This document shows positions 50,744 to 63,080 of a stretch of 64,000 nucleotides of DNA, in pieces (positions within the stretch are counted from its first letter, which is position 1; each line of letters starts with the position of its first letter). The stretch is from Mobula hypostoma. Lineage: Eukaryota. Where the stretch lies: positions 63,552,001 to 63,616,000 of the forward strand of contig NC_086108.1 of assembly GCF_963921235.1 (NCBI RefSeq), in the 5' to 3' direction. Below the pieces are notes generated by a model. It had not been told where the DNA came from, searched no databases, and was given only the letters and a program-made list of their open reading frames with translations. Position numbers and translations under genes: made by a program.

Positions 50744-52759
50744 ACCTGTGCCATCTTGTTAGCTGCAGCTTCTCCCAACAGTTCACGGCACATGTCCTTG
50801 GCAGCAGGCAGAATCAATTCTTCACCAACAGTGAAAGACTTCTTAGCCTTAGCAATACGACTAGCCACTCAGTACGACGCTCTCAGAGCAGCAGCATTTG
50901 TGGAGGTGGTGACTCTCAGTACTTGCTTCTGTCCCACTTGCTCACATTTTTTCCGCTCAGAAGACTCATCGGGTTTGTCTTTAAGTGCAGGGTGCTTGGA
51001 CTCAAGGAGCTGAAGCAGTTTTGAGGGCTTCATTGCCTCATTAGACAGCTTGTCTCCACATATCACACACAGGGTGCTTGCGAGTCACCGGTCACATTAA
51101 AGCCATATTTTATGTACGACTTGTCGTATTTTCTGTTGGAGGAAGTTTTCTTTTTTTTTTTGCAGTCTCGGCCTCAGCTGCCTCTGCGTCATCATCATCG
51201 TTAGGCCACTTTCCCATACCTCCTCTTCCAAAGATAATCTCAAGCGACGTTTGTTTTTAATGACCGACCAATAACCTCACGGGGATAATGACCTCGCATG
51301 TGTTCAAGTTCAACAGTGAACGTAACAGGGAATGAGGAAAGGTGCAGCTGACTCATATCATTTCATACCGCCAAATCAAATCCTTTCCTCATGGCCCGGT
51401 AGCTCATGCTTTGCGGCCCGGTGATTGGGGACCACTGATTTATGGAGTCTGAGATCCAGATACCAGGAATCAATTTATTTATATAATTTAGCAACTAAAA
51501 GTTCCTAGCTGATTTTCTGGGGCCTTCCTCACTCACAACTCTTCACTGCTTTGTTATGTTCAATCTCCTATCAACACTTCATACTTCGATAAAGATTTTA
51601 ATATATGCCCTGTTAAGGCAGATAAACTCTCAAACTGAAAAGTGAAGCAATAATCTGAACTATAATCTCGACATCAAAACAAATAATTTCGAAACATTCA
51701 GCAGTTTTCAGGTTGGGAAAAAGAAACAGCTAATGCTTGAAGACCTTTAGTCAGCAAATAGAAATCCGGTCCTTGACCTCAATTATTAACTGTGATTTCT
51801 TTTCACTGCCAGATTTCCTGAGTACTTCAGCAATATCTGCTTCTGTTTCAGTTTTCGAGAATCTGCAGTTTTTTATTAGTAGTGTGATCACTCAAGTAAA
51901 GTACGATGATCTATAAAAGTTCCCTTTTGGTGGATCCTCAGGTGGCTGTCAGAGGACTGTGGTTCAGTCTGAAACGTCGACTGTCCATTTCCCTCCATAG
52001 ATGCTGCTTGACCCACTGAGTTTACCAAGTTTTTTTTTTGTGTTGCTTCTGCTACAGAACTCCAGTGTCTTAACTTACAAAACAGCTCACTTGCCGTGAA
52101 CATGTGAAAACTCCGTATGGATTCAGGATTGGCAATTCCTCCTCCAGTGAAAGAAAAATCATGTGACGACAATTGCAAGGGTAAATGACACAGAAAGCAT
52201 GTGTCTGGAGCATGGTTAAAGCAAAAAAAAAAATCTGATTACCTTTAGAACCTTTCGTAGCAACATGACAGGGAACACAAGGAACGACCTTGCCAGTATT
52301 AATCAGAATAAACCACAGCAGATCCCCATAGTAAGCAGAATTATACTAAGCAACATGAAGAATGTGCACTGAGTAGTTGTTGCTGCCATCTGGTGCCTAC
52401 TTGAGTGATGTCTGAATCACAAACAATTTTAAAAAATGAAGTTTCTTATTCAAACAGTGAATGGGGGAAAACAATCAGTGGAATCATCAGCAATCTACAC
52501 ATCTGTGCAGCATTAGAAGTTTGCTTACATCTGTTTTTGGTCTTTCAAGTGGTAGTTGCTGTGTGTTCAGAAAGCAAGCTTAGGAAACATAAGATCTCCT
52601 GCCCAGGACAATGAATATCCATCACAGCATATAAATATTTTGAAAAAGGCATAAAACTTCTCTGAGGGGCTGCTTTGTTCAGATTCTGATGTCACTGTTT
52701 CAGTGGTGTTTTTCCAGGGAAACCTATCCCCCCTCCCCATCCCTATTCTCAGAATCTGG

Positions 52760-54345
52760 AAGAAAAAACTGAAAGCCTCAAAGCAGTGCCAGCGGGACAT
52801 CAGGAACTGTTCTGCACTCTGGTTCAGAGACATGGCTCACCCTCAGCATTTCGGACAGAGCACTCCAACCTCAGGGCTTCACCTTCCACCACATGGAATG
52901 GACAGCAGATTCAGGCAAATGCAGAGGTGGTGGTATTTGCTTCATGATTAAAGTATCATATTGCACAGGGATGGCATTTCTGCCTCATTCCTGCTCCCCT
53001 GACCTGGAACACGCAGCTGTCAAACATCATCCATTCCATCAGCCAAAGGAGTTCTTTCACCATCATCTTGTTTTCTGAGTACATTCCACCACTGTCAAAC
53101 ATAAAGATAACACAGGAGGAGCTAAGCACCATTATTAGAAGTCACAGATAGTGCACCCTGATGCCTTCCTGTTGTTCGTTTCTTAATCCTTCAGGGGATC
53201 AAATGATATGGCAAGAAGGCAGGTGAATGGGATTGAGTGGGATCTGGAATCAGTCATGAATGATCATGGGCTCAACGGTCTGAATGGCTTAATTCTGCTC
53301 CTATGTCTTATGGTTTTAAATTACAGCCTCAGTATTAATCAACGAACTTCAAAACCTTGGCCTCCATATGTCCCTCTGCAATATTATCCTTGACTTCCTC
53401 TTCAGGAGAGCACATTCAGTGCAAATGAGTATTAACCACTTCCTCCTCGCTGACCATTAACACTGGCACACCTCAAGAATGCATGCCAAGCTCGCTGTTC
53501 TACTCTCAGCACACTCATGATTGTCTAGCTAGGCACATCTATAAATTTGCCGATGTTGTTGGTAGAATCTCTGGTGGTGACAAGGAGGCATACAGGAGTG
53601 AGACAGATTGGTTCACTGAGTGGTGTCACAGCAACCTTGCACTCAATGTCAGCTGGATTGAGGAACAGATTGTGGACATCAGGAAGGGGAACTTAGGAGA
53701 GCACACACCAGTCCTCATTGAGGGGTCAACAGTGGAAAGGGTGAACAGCTTTAAGGTCTTAGGTGTCAACATCCCAGAGGATTTACCTTGGCACTAACTG
53801 ATTGATGTGATGATGAAGAAGGCACACTGTCAGCTATACTTCGTTAGGAGTTTGAGGAGATTTAGTATGTCACCAAAGACTCTAGCAAATTTCTACAGAT
53901 ATAACACGGAGAGCATTCTGACTAGTTTCATCACAGCCTATTTCCAGAATTCAAAGAAGCTGCAGAGGGTCGTGGACTTAGCTAATTCCATCATAGGCAC
54001 AACCCAGATATCTTCAACACTCACAACCCGGATATCTTCAACAGGGGGGTCCTCAAGAAGGTAGCATCTGTCATTAAGGATATCGGGGACAAGTCTTCTT
54101 CTCATTACTATCTTTAGGGAGAAGGTCCAAGAGCCTGAAGAACCACACTTAATGTTTTAGGAACAGTTTCTTCCCCTCTGCCATCAGATTTCTCAATGGT
54201 CTATGAAAACTGCATCATTATTCTTCTTTTATTCTATATATTTATGTAATATCATAGCTTATAATAATTTTATGTCTTGCGCTGTACTGCTGCATCAAAA
54301 CAACAAGTATCATGACATATCAATAATTATAAGGCTGATTCTGAT
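52760..54345 (+). mobile_element. Highly degenerate Rex/Babar LINE pieces (endonuclease and RT) with a small CR1 tail insert at about 53190-53315
   Basis: ETWL-like gagacatggctc, GGGICFMI, HIYKFAD, LYFVRSLRRFSMSPKTLANFYR. Confidence 0.7.
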
Positions 54346-54849
54346 CCTTCCCTTGATTTTAGCTTGCTGTTTCTGTCCTTGTGGTCCACATTGCCAGTGC
54401 AATCAAAGTGTCATTCTACCCATCTCCATTATGCTTGAAAACTATCCTGTTTCCCTGCGAATTCATGAAGCAAAGATTCTGGCTGACTATCTCTTCCACT
54501 GCAATTTAAGTTATGGAAGAGCTTGCTTTCGTTAATTTACAGGCTTTGTACAGAGTACTTGACCCCAGAGCGCAGTATATTCACCACAAAATCATGCATT
54601 GATATCACATCTTTAATGTAAACTAATGTTTCAAGGGGCTTCACAGAGACAAAACAAATCCTCCAGTCAGAGGGAGAAACTTGAGGAGAGAAACCATGCT
54701 CAAGGAGGTGAGTTTTGAGGGAAGTCTTCAAAAAGGAGGTGGCAAAGGATTGATTCAGAAACCTTACAGAGAGAATGACAGCAGAAAGCAAATAGATCAA
54801 AAGGAAAATAAGAAATAAAATATGAAATAAAAACAGAAAATTCTTGAAA

Positions 54850-55430
54850 TCCGAGAGGTAATGTTGCAGCTATATAGGACCCTGGTCAGACCCCACTTAG
54901 AGTACTGTGCTCAGTTCTGGGCTCCTCACTACAGGAATGTGGAAACCATAGAAAGGGTGCAGAGGAGATCTACAAAGATGTTGCCTGGATTGGGGAGCAT
55001 GTCCTATGAGAATAGGTCGAGTGAACTTGGCCTCTTCTCCTTGGAGCGACGGAGGATGAGAGGTGACCTGATAGAGCTGTACAAGATGATGAGTGGCATT
55101 GATCATGTGGATAGTCAGAGGCTTTTTTCCAGGGCTAAAATGGCTAACATGAAAGGGCACAGTCTTAAGGTGCTTGGAAGTAGATACAGAGAAGATGTCA
55201 TGGGTAAGTTTTTACACAGAGAGTGGTGAGTGCGTGGAATGGGCTGCCAGCGACGGTGGTGGAGCTGGATACGATAGGGTCTTTTAAGAGACTCCTGGAT
55301 AGGTACATGGAGCTTAGAAAAATGGAGTGCTGTGGGTAACCCTAGGTAAATTCTAAAGTAAGTACATGTTGGGCACAGCGTTGTGGGCTGAAGGGCCTGT
55401 ACTGTGCTGTAGGTTTTCTATGTTTTCTAT
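54850..55430 (+). mobile_element. CR1 3' fragment
   Basis: MLQLYRTLVRPHLEYCAQFWAPHY...FSLERRRMRGDLIELYK; tail ttttctatgttttctat. Confidence 0.88.
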
Positions 55431-56141
55431 ACTCAACAGGTTGGGTAATATCTGTGGAGAATTTGATAATTGGTTTATTATTCTCAAGTGCACTGAAATA
55501 CAGTGAAAGAATTCTGTTTGTGTGCCACCCTGGCAGATCATGCCAGACATGCTGAAAGTACAATGAGACGGTAAGGAAAAAGCAGAATGCAGAATATAGT
55601 GTCTTCAGAGCAGGTGCACTGTCAGTAAACTAAATGAAAGGTCCTGGGGTAGATTGGGAAAATGTTAATGTTTCAGAATTGGACAGGACAAAGTTGAGCA
55701 GAAGTCTAAATATAAGGATGAGAGCCATAAATATGAGGTATTGGTAACAGGAAGCCAATCAAAATTTTATCAGGATTTAGTGAGAAGTAGGAAATTGGAA
55801 ACAGGGCTGTGTATGGATGAAAGAGTATGAGGTTGCCCGAGAAATGTAGGATATTCTAGATAAATGTTATGAAGAACTGTATATATTGCTACCTCCAACA
55901 TGTCCTAAATCCACCTGTTGGAGCATGCAGGAACAACTGGTTCTTACTGTTTTTGAAGACTGCCTGAATCAAGTAAATGTAATGTAATATCCTAGTTATT
56001 CAACTTTAATTATTAGTTAGCTTTGAACATAAATTGCAAAGTATGTAAATCATATTTAAAAAGTATGTACTACATTCATACATTGTCAAATGAATAGGCT
56101 ATTAAGAATAACTTTTAATATTCAACGTGTTCTGCTTTCAG

Positions 56142-56308
56142 GACAACCATTCAATCCTCAAACCAAGATATATATATCAATTTTAAACGTAATCTGTTCA
56201 ATTGTTTTCGGAAAACAGTATGACTGTGATAGTACCCATGCTGATACACAAGAAATCCGTCTTTTGCTTGACAAATTTGCAAATCTTTTGAAGAGTATTT
56301 GGGTTCAG
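56142..56308 (+). CDS. CYP2J: CYP2J-like exon 4 (167 nt)
   Basis: Acceptor tctgctttcAG, donor GTatgg. Encodes GQPFNPQTKIYISILNVICSIVFGKQYDCDSTHADTQEIRLLLDKFANLLKSIWVQ. Confidence 0.92.
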
Positions 56309-56678
56309 GTATGGTTACATTTGGGAGTAATATTTTTAAATATTGAATTTTGGAAAAGGAAAAATATTTGACTGAAATTAAAATCTTTTAATTTGAAAAG
56401 AGTGTACGCTACCATCACTAATCAGGCACAATCTACAGAAATTCATGAAATACATTTATGTTAACAATTTATAAGTCTAATTTCAAACTCTATTTTCAAA
56501 TTGTAGTGCAGGATGATAAACTTATGGTACACGTGCCCAAGATGGCACATGCAAAATTTTTGTTAGCATGTGACATTCAGTGCCATTCCTCTATCCTTTA
56601 AACCCCACCCATTATAAAAAGATACATAATGATTATCTTTACTGCCAAATGAAGTAGCAAATTATTTTTTAAACCAAA

Positions 56679-59652
56679 GAGAAACCATAGAAACACTACA
56701 GCACAGAAACAGGCATTTTGGCCCTTCCTGGCTGTGCCGAACTATTTTCTGCCTAGTCCCACTGACCTGCACACGGACCATATCCCTCCATACACCTCCC
56801 ATCCATGTATCTGTCCAATTTATTCTTAAATGTTAAAAAAGAACCCGCATTTACCACCTCGTCTGGCAGCTCAATCCATACTCCCACCATTCTCTGTGTG
56901 AAGAAGCCCCCCCCCAATGTTCCCTTTAAACTTTTCCCCCCTCACCCTCAAGCCATGTCCTCTGTTTTTTTTTCTCCCCTTTTCTCAGTGGACAAAGCCT
57001 GCTAGCATTCACTCTATCTATACCCATCATAATTTTATATACCTCTATCAAATCTCCCCTCATTCTTCTACGCTCCAGGGGATAAAGTCCTAACCTATTC
57101 AACCTTTCTCTGTAACTGTGTTTCTCAAGTCCCGGCAACATCCTTGTAAACCTTCTCTGCACTCTTTCAAACTTATTAATATTCTTCCTGTAATTTGGTG
57201 ACCAAAACTGAACACAATACTCCAGATTCGGCCTCACCAATGCCTTATACAACCTCATCATAACGTTCCAGCTCTTATACTCAAAACATTGATTAGTAAA
57301 GGCCAATCTACCAAAAGCTCTCTTTACGACCCTATCTACCTGTGACGCCACTTTTAGGGAATTTTGTATCTGTATTCCCAGATCCCTCTGTTCTACTGCA
57401 CTCCTCAGTGCCTTATCCTGTATGTTCTACCTTGGTTTGTCTTTCCAACGTGCAATACCTCACACTTGTCTGTATTAAACTCAATCTGCCATTTTTCAGC
57501 CCCTTTATCCAGCTGGTCCAAGTCCCTCTGCAGGCTCTGAAAACCTTCCTCACTGTCCACTACACCTCCAATCTTTGTATCATCAGCAAATCTGCTGATC
57601 TAATTTAACGCATTATCATCCAGATCATTGATATAGATGACAAATAACAATGGACGCAGCACTGATCCCTGTGGCACACCACTAGGCACAGGCCTCCACT
57701 CAGAGAAGCAATTCTCTACTACCACTCTTTGGCTTCATCCATTGAGTCAATGTCTAATCCAATTTACCACCTCTCCATGTATACCTTGCGACTGAATTTT
57801 CCTAACTAACCTCCCATTCGGGACCTTGTCAAAGGCCTTACTGAAGTTCATGTAGACAACATCCACTGCCTTCCCTTCATCCACTTTCCCGGTAACTTCC
57901 TCGAAAAACTCCAAGAGATTGGTCAAACATGACCTACCACGCACAAAGTCATGTTGACTTTCCCTAATAAGTCCCCATCTATCCAAATGCTTGTAGATTC
58001 TGTCTCTTAGTACTCCCTCCAATAACTTACCCACTGCTGACGTCAAATTTACCCGTCTATAATTTCCGGGATTACTTTTCGATCCTTTTTTAAACAACGG
58101 AAAAACATGAGCTACTCTCCAATCCTCCAGCACCTCACCCATAGCCGACCACTCTGATCTTCAAGAGGACCAATTTTATCCCTTACAATCCTTTTACTCT
58201 TAATATATCTGTAAAAACTCTTTGGATTATTCTTCACTTTGACTGCCAAGGCAACCTCATGTCTTCTTCTAGCCGTCCTGATTTCTTTCTTAAGTATTTT
58301 CTTGCACTTTTTATACTCCTCAAGCACCTTATTTACTCCCTGTTTCCTAAACATGTCATACAACTCTCTTCTTCTTTATCAGAGTTGCAATATCCCTTGA
58401 GAACCAAGGTATCTTATTCCTATTCACTTTGCCTTTAATGCTGACAGGATCATACAAGCTCTGCACTCTCAAAATTTCTCCTTTGAAGGCTTCCCACTTA
58501 CAGATCACATCCTTGCCAGAGAACAAGATCCTTCCTCACTTCTTCAAAGTTGGCCTTCTTCCAGTTCAGAACCTCAACCCAAGGACCAGATCTATCCTTG
58601 TCCATGATCAAATTGAAACTAATGGCGTTATGATCACTGGAACCAAAGTGCTCCCCTACACACACTTCCGTCACCTGTCCTAACTTGTTTCCTAACAAGA
58701 GATCCAACATTGCATCCCCTCTAGTTGGTACTATATATTGATTTAGAAAACCTTCCTGAACACATTTTACAAACTCTGAACCATCTAGATCCCTAGCAGT
58801 ATGGGAGTCCCAATCAATATATGGAAAATTAAAATCCTCGACCACCATAACTTTATGTTTCCTGCAGTTGCCTGCTATCTCTCTGCAGATTTGCTCCTCC
58901 AATTCTCGCTGACTATTGGGTGGTCTATAATACAACCCCACTAATGTGGCCATACCTTTCCTGTTTCTCAACTCCACCCATAAGGACTCAGTAGACAAGC
59001 CCTCTAATCTGTCCTGCCTGAGCACTGCTGTAACATTTTCCTTGACAAGCAATGCTACCCCCCCCCCCACCTTTCATTCCTCTGCCTCTATCACATCTGA
59101 AACATCGGAACCCTGGAATATTAAGCTGCCAGTCCTGCCCCTCCTGTAGCCAAGTTTCACTAATTGCTATAACGTCATAATTCCACGTCTCAATCCACGC
59201 CCTCAACTCATTTGCCTTCCCCACAATACTCAGCACCTCAGAAGATTTTTACCACCACCCACAATCTTTCTATTTGCGGCTTTGCTTGAATTTTTAACAT
59301 CATTCATTTTCACCTCAGCTACACTGTCACCTCTGGCACTCTGGTTCCCATCCCCCAGCAAATCTAGTTTAAAGCCTCCCGAACAGCACTAACAAACCTC
59401 CCTGAAAGGATATTGGTCCCCTTGTATTTCAATTGTAACCCGTCTCTCATGTACGGGTCCCACCTGCCACAGAAGAGGTCCCAATGATCCTGAAATCTGA
59501 AACCCTGCCCCCTACACCAGTTCCTCAGCCACTTGTTCATCCTCCAGAGCATCCTATTCCTACCCTCACTGGCATGTAGCACGGGTAGCAATCCTGAGAT
59601 TACCACCCTTGAGGTCCTGCTTTTCAACTTCCTACCAAGCTCTCTATACTCA
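56679..59652 (-). mobile_element. CR1 LINE with ORF1 esterase (SGNH-like) end and internally deleted ORF2
   Basis: RVVISGLLPV...NKWLRNWC...DGLQL..KG (ORF1); ISETWL, GGGVALLV, YYRPP, SSDH (endonuclease); EDWRVAHV..NYR..FSKAFDKV (RT). The linker jumps to RT at about 58142. Confidence 0.9.
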
Positions 59653-60509
59653 CGTGGAAGTGAGATGTATTCACAGGAAATGCCTGATTTCACACTGGTT
59701 GCAAGAGCAGGTAACATTGAATGGTAGGTTTTGAAATACCTACAAATCGGGTGGACGCACCAGTATTCGATTAGTAAATGATTGGACCAATTGGCATAGG
59801 TTCTGGTTTGCTTATAGTTTTTCTTCTGTCACTTGTGAGTGAACACTGGATATTTGGTGATAATAATGGTAAATACTGCATGAGATTTAGTGACTCCATG
59901 AATATTTGTTTTATCAGAATAACATATTTACATTAGTAAAACTATGCTATTTAAGTTTATTGATGAAATATTTTTAAATTGTGCTTACTCTTCTTGACAT
60001 GTTCAGAACGTCAGATACACCAGCAAAGAAAGTAAAACATTCAAACGATGAGAGAGGCAGCAGAGATCTTCAAGAGTGGTAGAGTGAAGGATTTGGCATG
60101 ATTAAAAATGGTGATAAAGCACATAAATATGCCACAAGACTCATCCTTTTCCTTTAAGAATTTCATAATTATTGTTAGCAATTCAGTAATCAATGATTAT
60201 CTCTGCTGAAAATTACCTTGGTTTGCAAGAGAAATTTTTAGATTAGATTAGTGCCAACACAGTCTCTGAAAGGGTTGCCACCCCTAAAGATTTATACAGG
60301 ACAACATTGTGTTCAGTGTATCTTGTTGATGACAATCAGGGTGTCTTCATGAGCTGATCCCATTTGTCTGTATTTGACTCATATTTCTTGAAGTCTCTCC
60401 TATCCACATACCTGTCCAAATGTCTTTTAACCATTGTAATTATACCTGCATACATCACATCATTGGCTGCTCATTCTATATCACCCCTACTTTGCCTCTC
60501 AAACCATTA

Positions 60510-60731
60510 GAACAGTCAACATTTCGGGCCAAGACCCTTCCTCAGGACTGGAGAAAAAAGATGAGGTTAGAGCAAGAAGGTGAGGCGGTGGGTGGCGGGA
60601 GTGGAGTGGGTATATGGAAGAAGAGGAAGAAATACAAGGTAGTAGGTGATAGGTGAAACCAGGACAGGAGGAGGGGAACTCTTTCACCAATCAACTTGCC
60701 AGCTCTTTATTTCACCCCTCCCCTTCTCCTG
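60510..60731 (-). mobile_element. PLE terminal fragment with hammerhead motif (60513-60550) and a short inverted piece (about 60680-60731)
   Basis: Minus strand reads cagtc-CTGAGGA-aggg(tcttgg)ccc-GAAA-tGTT-gactg. Confidence 0.7.
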
Positions 60732-61244
60732 ATAAACATAAAATACAAATAGATACATGTTTACTAATGTTCTTAAGTGGTATTTGCCAGGTCCAGGTGG
60801 AGGTCAAAATAGATCTATTAATTGCCAAGTAATTTGAATGGATCAGGCAAAAAATAGTGACAAATGGTGCAAAACATACATTCACCACACCTGAAATAAA
60901 TAAAACAGAAGATTTTCTAAATTATAAAAGCCTTACATGAATGGAAGTGCAGACAGATGCACAGAGATTATTAGAATCTTATGTATAGGTAAAGAAAGGA
61001 ATCCAGCAGACTACTGAAATGCTGGATTTTACTTATGAATAATTAGTCACAAGTATGTGTAAGTAATGGATGTCCAGACCCTATACCCCTCCACTGTCCA
61101 TCAGGAGGACTTCAAATAATACGATGTTCATTTCAAAGCATCCTACTTCAGCAGGGAAATATTGACCGTGAAGCAAAGAATGTAGCGTAGATTTATGATA
61201 ACGATAGCTGAGTTCCAAAGTTTAAAACATAAGGAGAGATTAGG

Positions 61245-61742
61245 CTCAGTGGCCAGTTTATCAGATACAGGATTAGAACCCAGTGTTGTCTTCTGCTGCT
61301 GTAGCCTATCAACTTCAAGATTCAACATGGTTATTTGAGTTACTGCTGCCTTCCTGTCAGCTTGAAACAGTTGGGCATTCTCCTCTGACCTCTCTGATTA
61401 ACAAGTTGTTTTTACCTACAGAATTGCCACTCACTGAGTGATTTTTGTTTTGATTTTTGCACCATTCTCTGTAAATTCTAGAGACTGTTGTGTGTTAAAA
61501 TCCCAGGCAATCAGCAGTTTCTGAGATACTCAAACCACCCTGTTTGGCACCAACAATCATTCCACGGTTAAAGTCACTTAGATCATATTTTTTCCGCATT
61601 CTGATGTTTGGTCTGAACAACAACTGAATCTCTCGATCATGTACGCATGCTTTTGTGAATTGAGTTGCTGCCACATGATTGGCTGATTAAATATTTGTAT
61701 TAATGAGCAGGTGTATAGCTGCATCTAATAGTGTGGCCACCT
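61245..61742. mobile_element. Tc1/mariner-derived MITE
   Basis: Degenerate TIRs ctcagtggccagtttatcagatac ... gcatctaatagtgtggccac around a non-coding interior of about 500 bp. Confidence 0.65.
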
Positions 61743-62043
61743 TGTCTATGTTGTATTTATCAAAGTTTTCACATAATAAAGAAATTGTCAGGTGCATGGG
61801 AGAAACAATTTCTGCTGTTCGGGGAGCTTTTTGGTTGGAAGAATAATTTAAAAGTTTGATCTTGAAAAAGTGAAGTTAGGAAACACTTCAAAGTGAAAAG
61901 TGTAGTGAAAGTGTAAAACTCTCTTGTGATGCTGGGTCAGGTAAGCTCTGCTCACTTTGAATGAAATAAGATTTGTTTGCTGCTTAAATCAGTCAAGGCT
62001 ATAAGGTTGTCCTAATCTTTTCATTTAATGTTCCTTTCTACAG

Positions 62044-62220
62044 CTATATAATTCATTGCCAAAATTAGTGAGACATCTGCCAGGCCCACATAATGATCTA
62101 TTTGCCTCAATGAAAAGTTTAGAGGACCTTTTCCAAAAGAACACCAAGCAGCACCAGGAGAGTTTGAACCCAACAGAACAAAGGGATTTCATTGACTGCT
62201 TCCTATCACAAATGCAAAAG
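62044..62220 (+). CDS. CYP2J: CYP2J-like exon 5 (177 nt)
   Basis: Acceptor ttcctttctacAG, donor GTgaag. Encodes LYNSLPKLVRHLPGPHNDLFASMKSLEDLFQKNTKQHQESLNPTEQRDFIDCFLSQMQK. Confidence 0.93.
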
Positions 62221-63080
62221 GTGAAGTTTTATGTAAACTTAAATTTTGAGATAGGAGGAATAGAAAGGGTGAATATTGTTTAAAGAGGGTGAGTAAAGGA
62301 CACTATTACAGAGGAATTCTGGGTGTCCTCAGGTAGGACACGCAGGTTGTCAGTGAGTAGTTAAGAAGGCATTTATAATTCCTATTTTTGTGGCAAAGGT
62401 GCTGAAGTACAGAAATTAAGAGGTCTTGCTAGAACTGTACAGGATGTTGGTAAAATCATGCTTGACGTACCCTTTATTATGTATGGATATGTTTACATCA
62501 ACATAGTTTTAAGAAGTTGAACTGGGTGCATCTCTGGGTGGAAATAAATCTTTTATGTGGAAAGGTTGAAGTACTGATGAGACTTCAGGAGAATAAATAT
62601 GGGGCATCATTTCAGAATAAGTGTCACCTATTTAAGATTGAGGTGAGGTGGATTTTCTGCTCTGTGAATCAGGAATATTTAGAATATTTACAGCCAAGAC
62701 AGGATAATATTAGGTTGATAAGGCAGTTGAGGATCATGTGGAATTGGCAGAGCTGGACTCAACATTAGATTGTACCTAGTTTGTACCCAGTGTCTGGGGG
62801 GTTTATATGACCGACTCCTATTGCTCTGTTCTCATGCCCCTATTTCCGACTTTCTTGATTCTGTTATAAAACTTTTGCTGGCCTTTATCAGGAGTGTTAT
62901 CCTAACCAGGATGATCACAAAGAGTATACCTATGGCATTGTTTCAGAAATGCGAAAATTAAAAAAAAACAAATGCTAGAAAGCTGAAGGAAAATCACAGA
63001 AGGCGGGAACCTCTCAGCAAGTCAGGCAGTATTTATAGAAAGAAAAACTGTTAACATTTCAGCCAAAGATCAATCATCAG

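Larger units (their letters stand above)
47525..51437 (-). mobile_element. hAT DNA transposon, Buster/Charlie group (ZBED5/SCAND3-like transposase), disrupted
   Basis: BED finger CVICGDKLSNEAMKPSKL..LESKHP; catalytic AIQFDESTD and ICTDG; dimerisation domain YPEIATKALKTLLPFPTSYLCEAVFS..KTKLRNRLD. 5' TIR CAGTGGTCCCCAA at 51437, followed by attTAtgg (NNNTANNN). The opposite TIR was not found. Confidence 0.88.
35194..62220 (+). pseudogene. CYP2J: CYP2J-like cytochrome P450 (family 2), exons 1-5; frameshifted as assembled, 3' part beyond the window
   Basis: Five GT-AG exons of 204, 164, 150, 167 and 177 nt with CYP2 motifs (membrane anchor + PPGP..LP..GN; YGDIFSL; WKEQRKF; NVICSIVFG; RDFIDCFL), adjacent to HOOK1. 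Subfamily assignment rests on similarity and synteny only. Confidence 0.8.

Noticed and set aside
47697..51066. Domesticated ZBED5/SCAND3-like gene
   Set aside because: It has stops, frameshifts, a PLE insertion and a surviving TIR, so it is a dead transposon.
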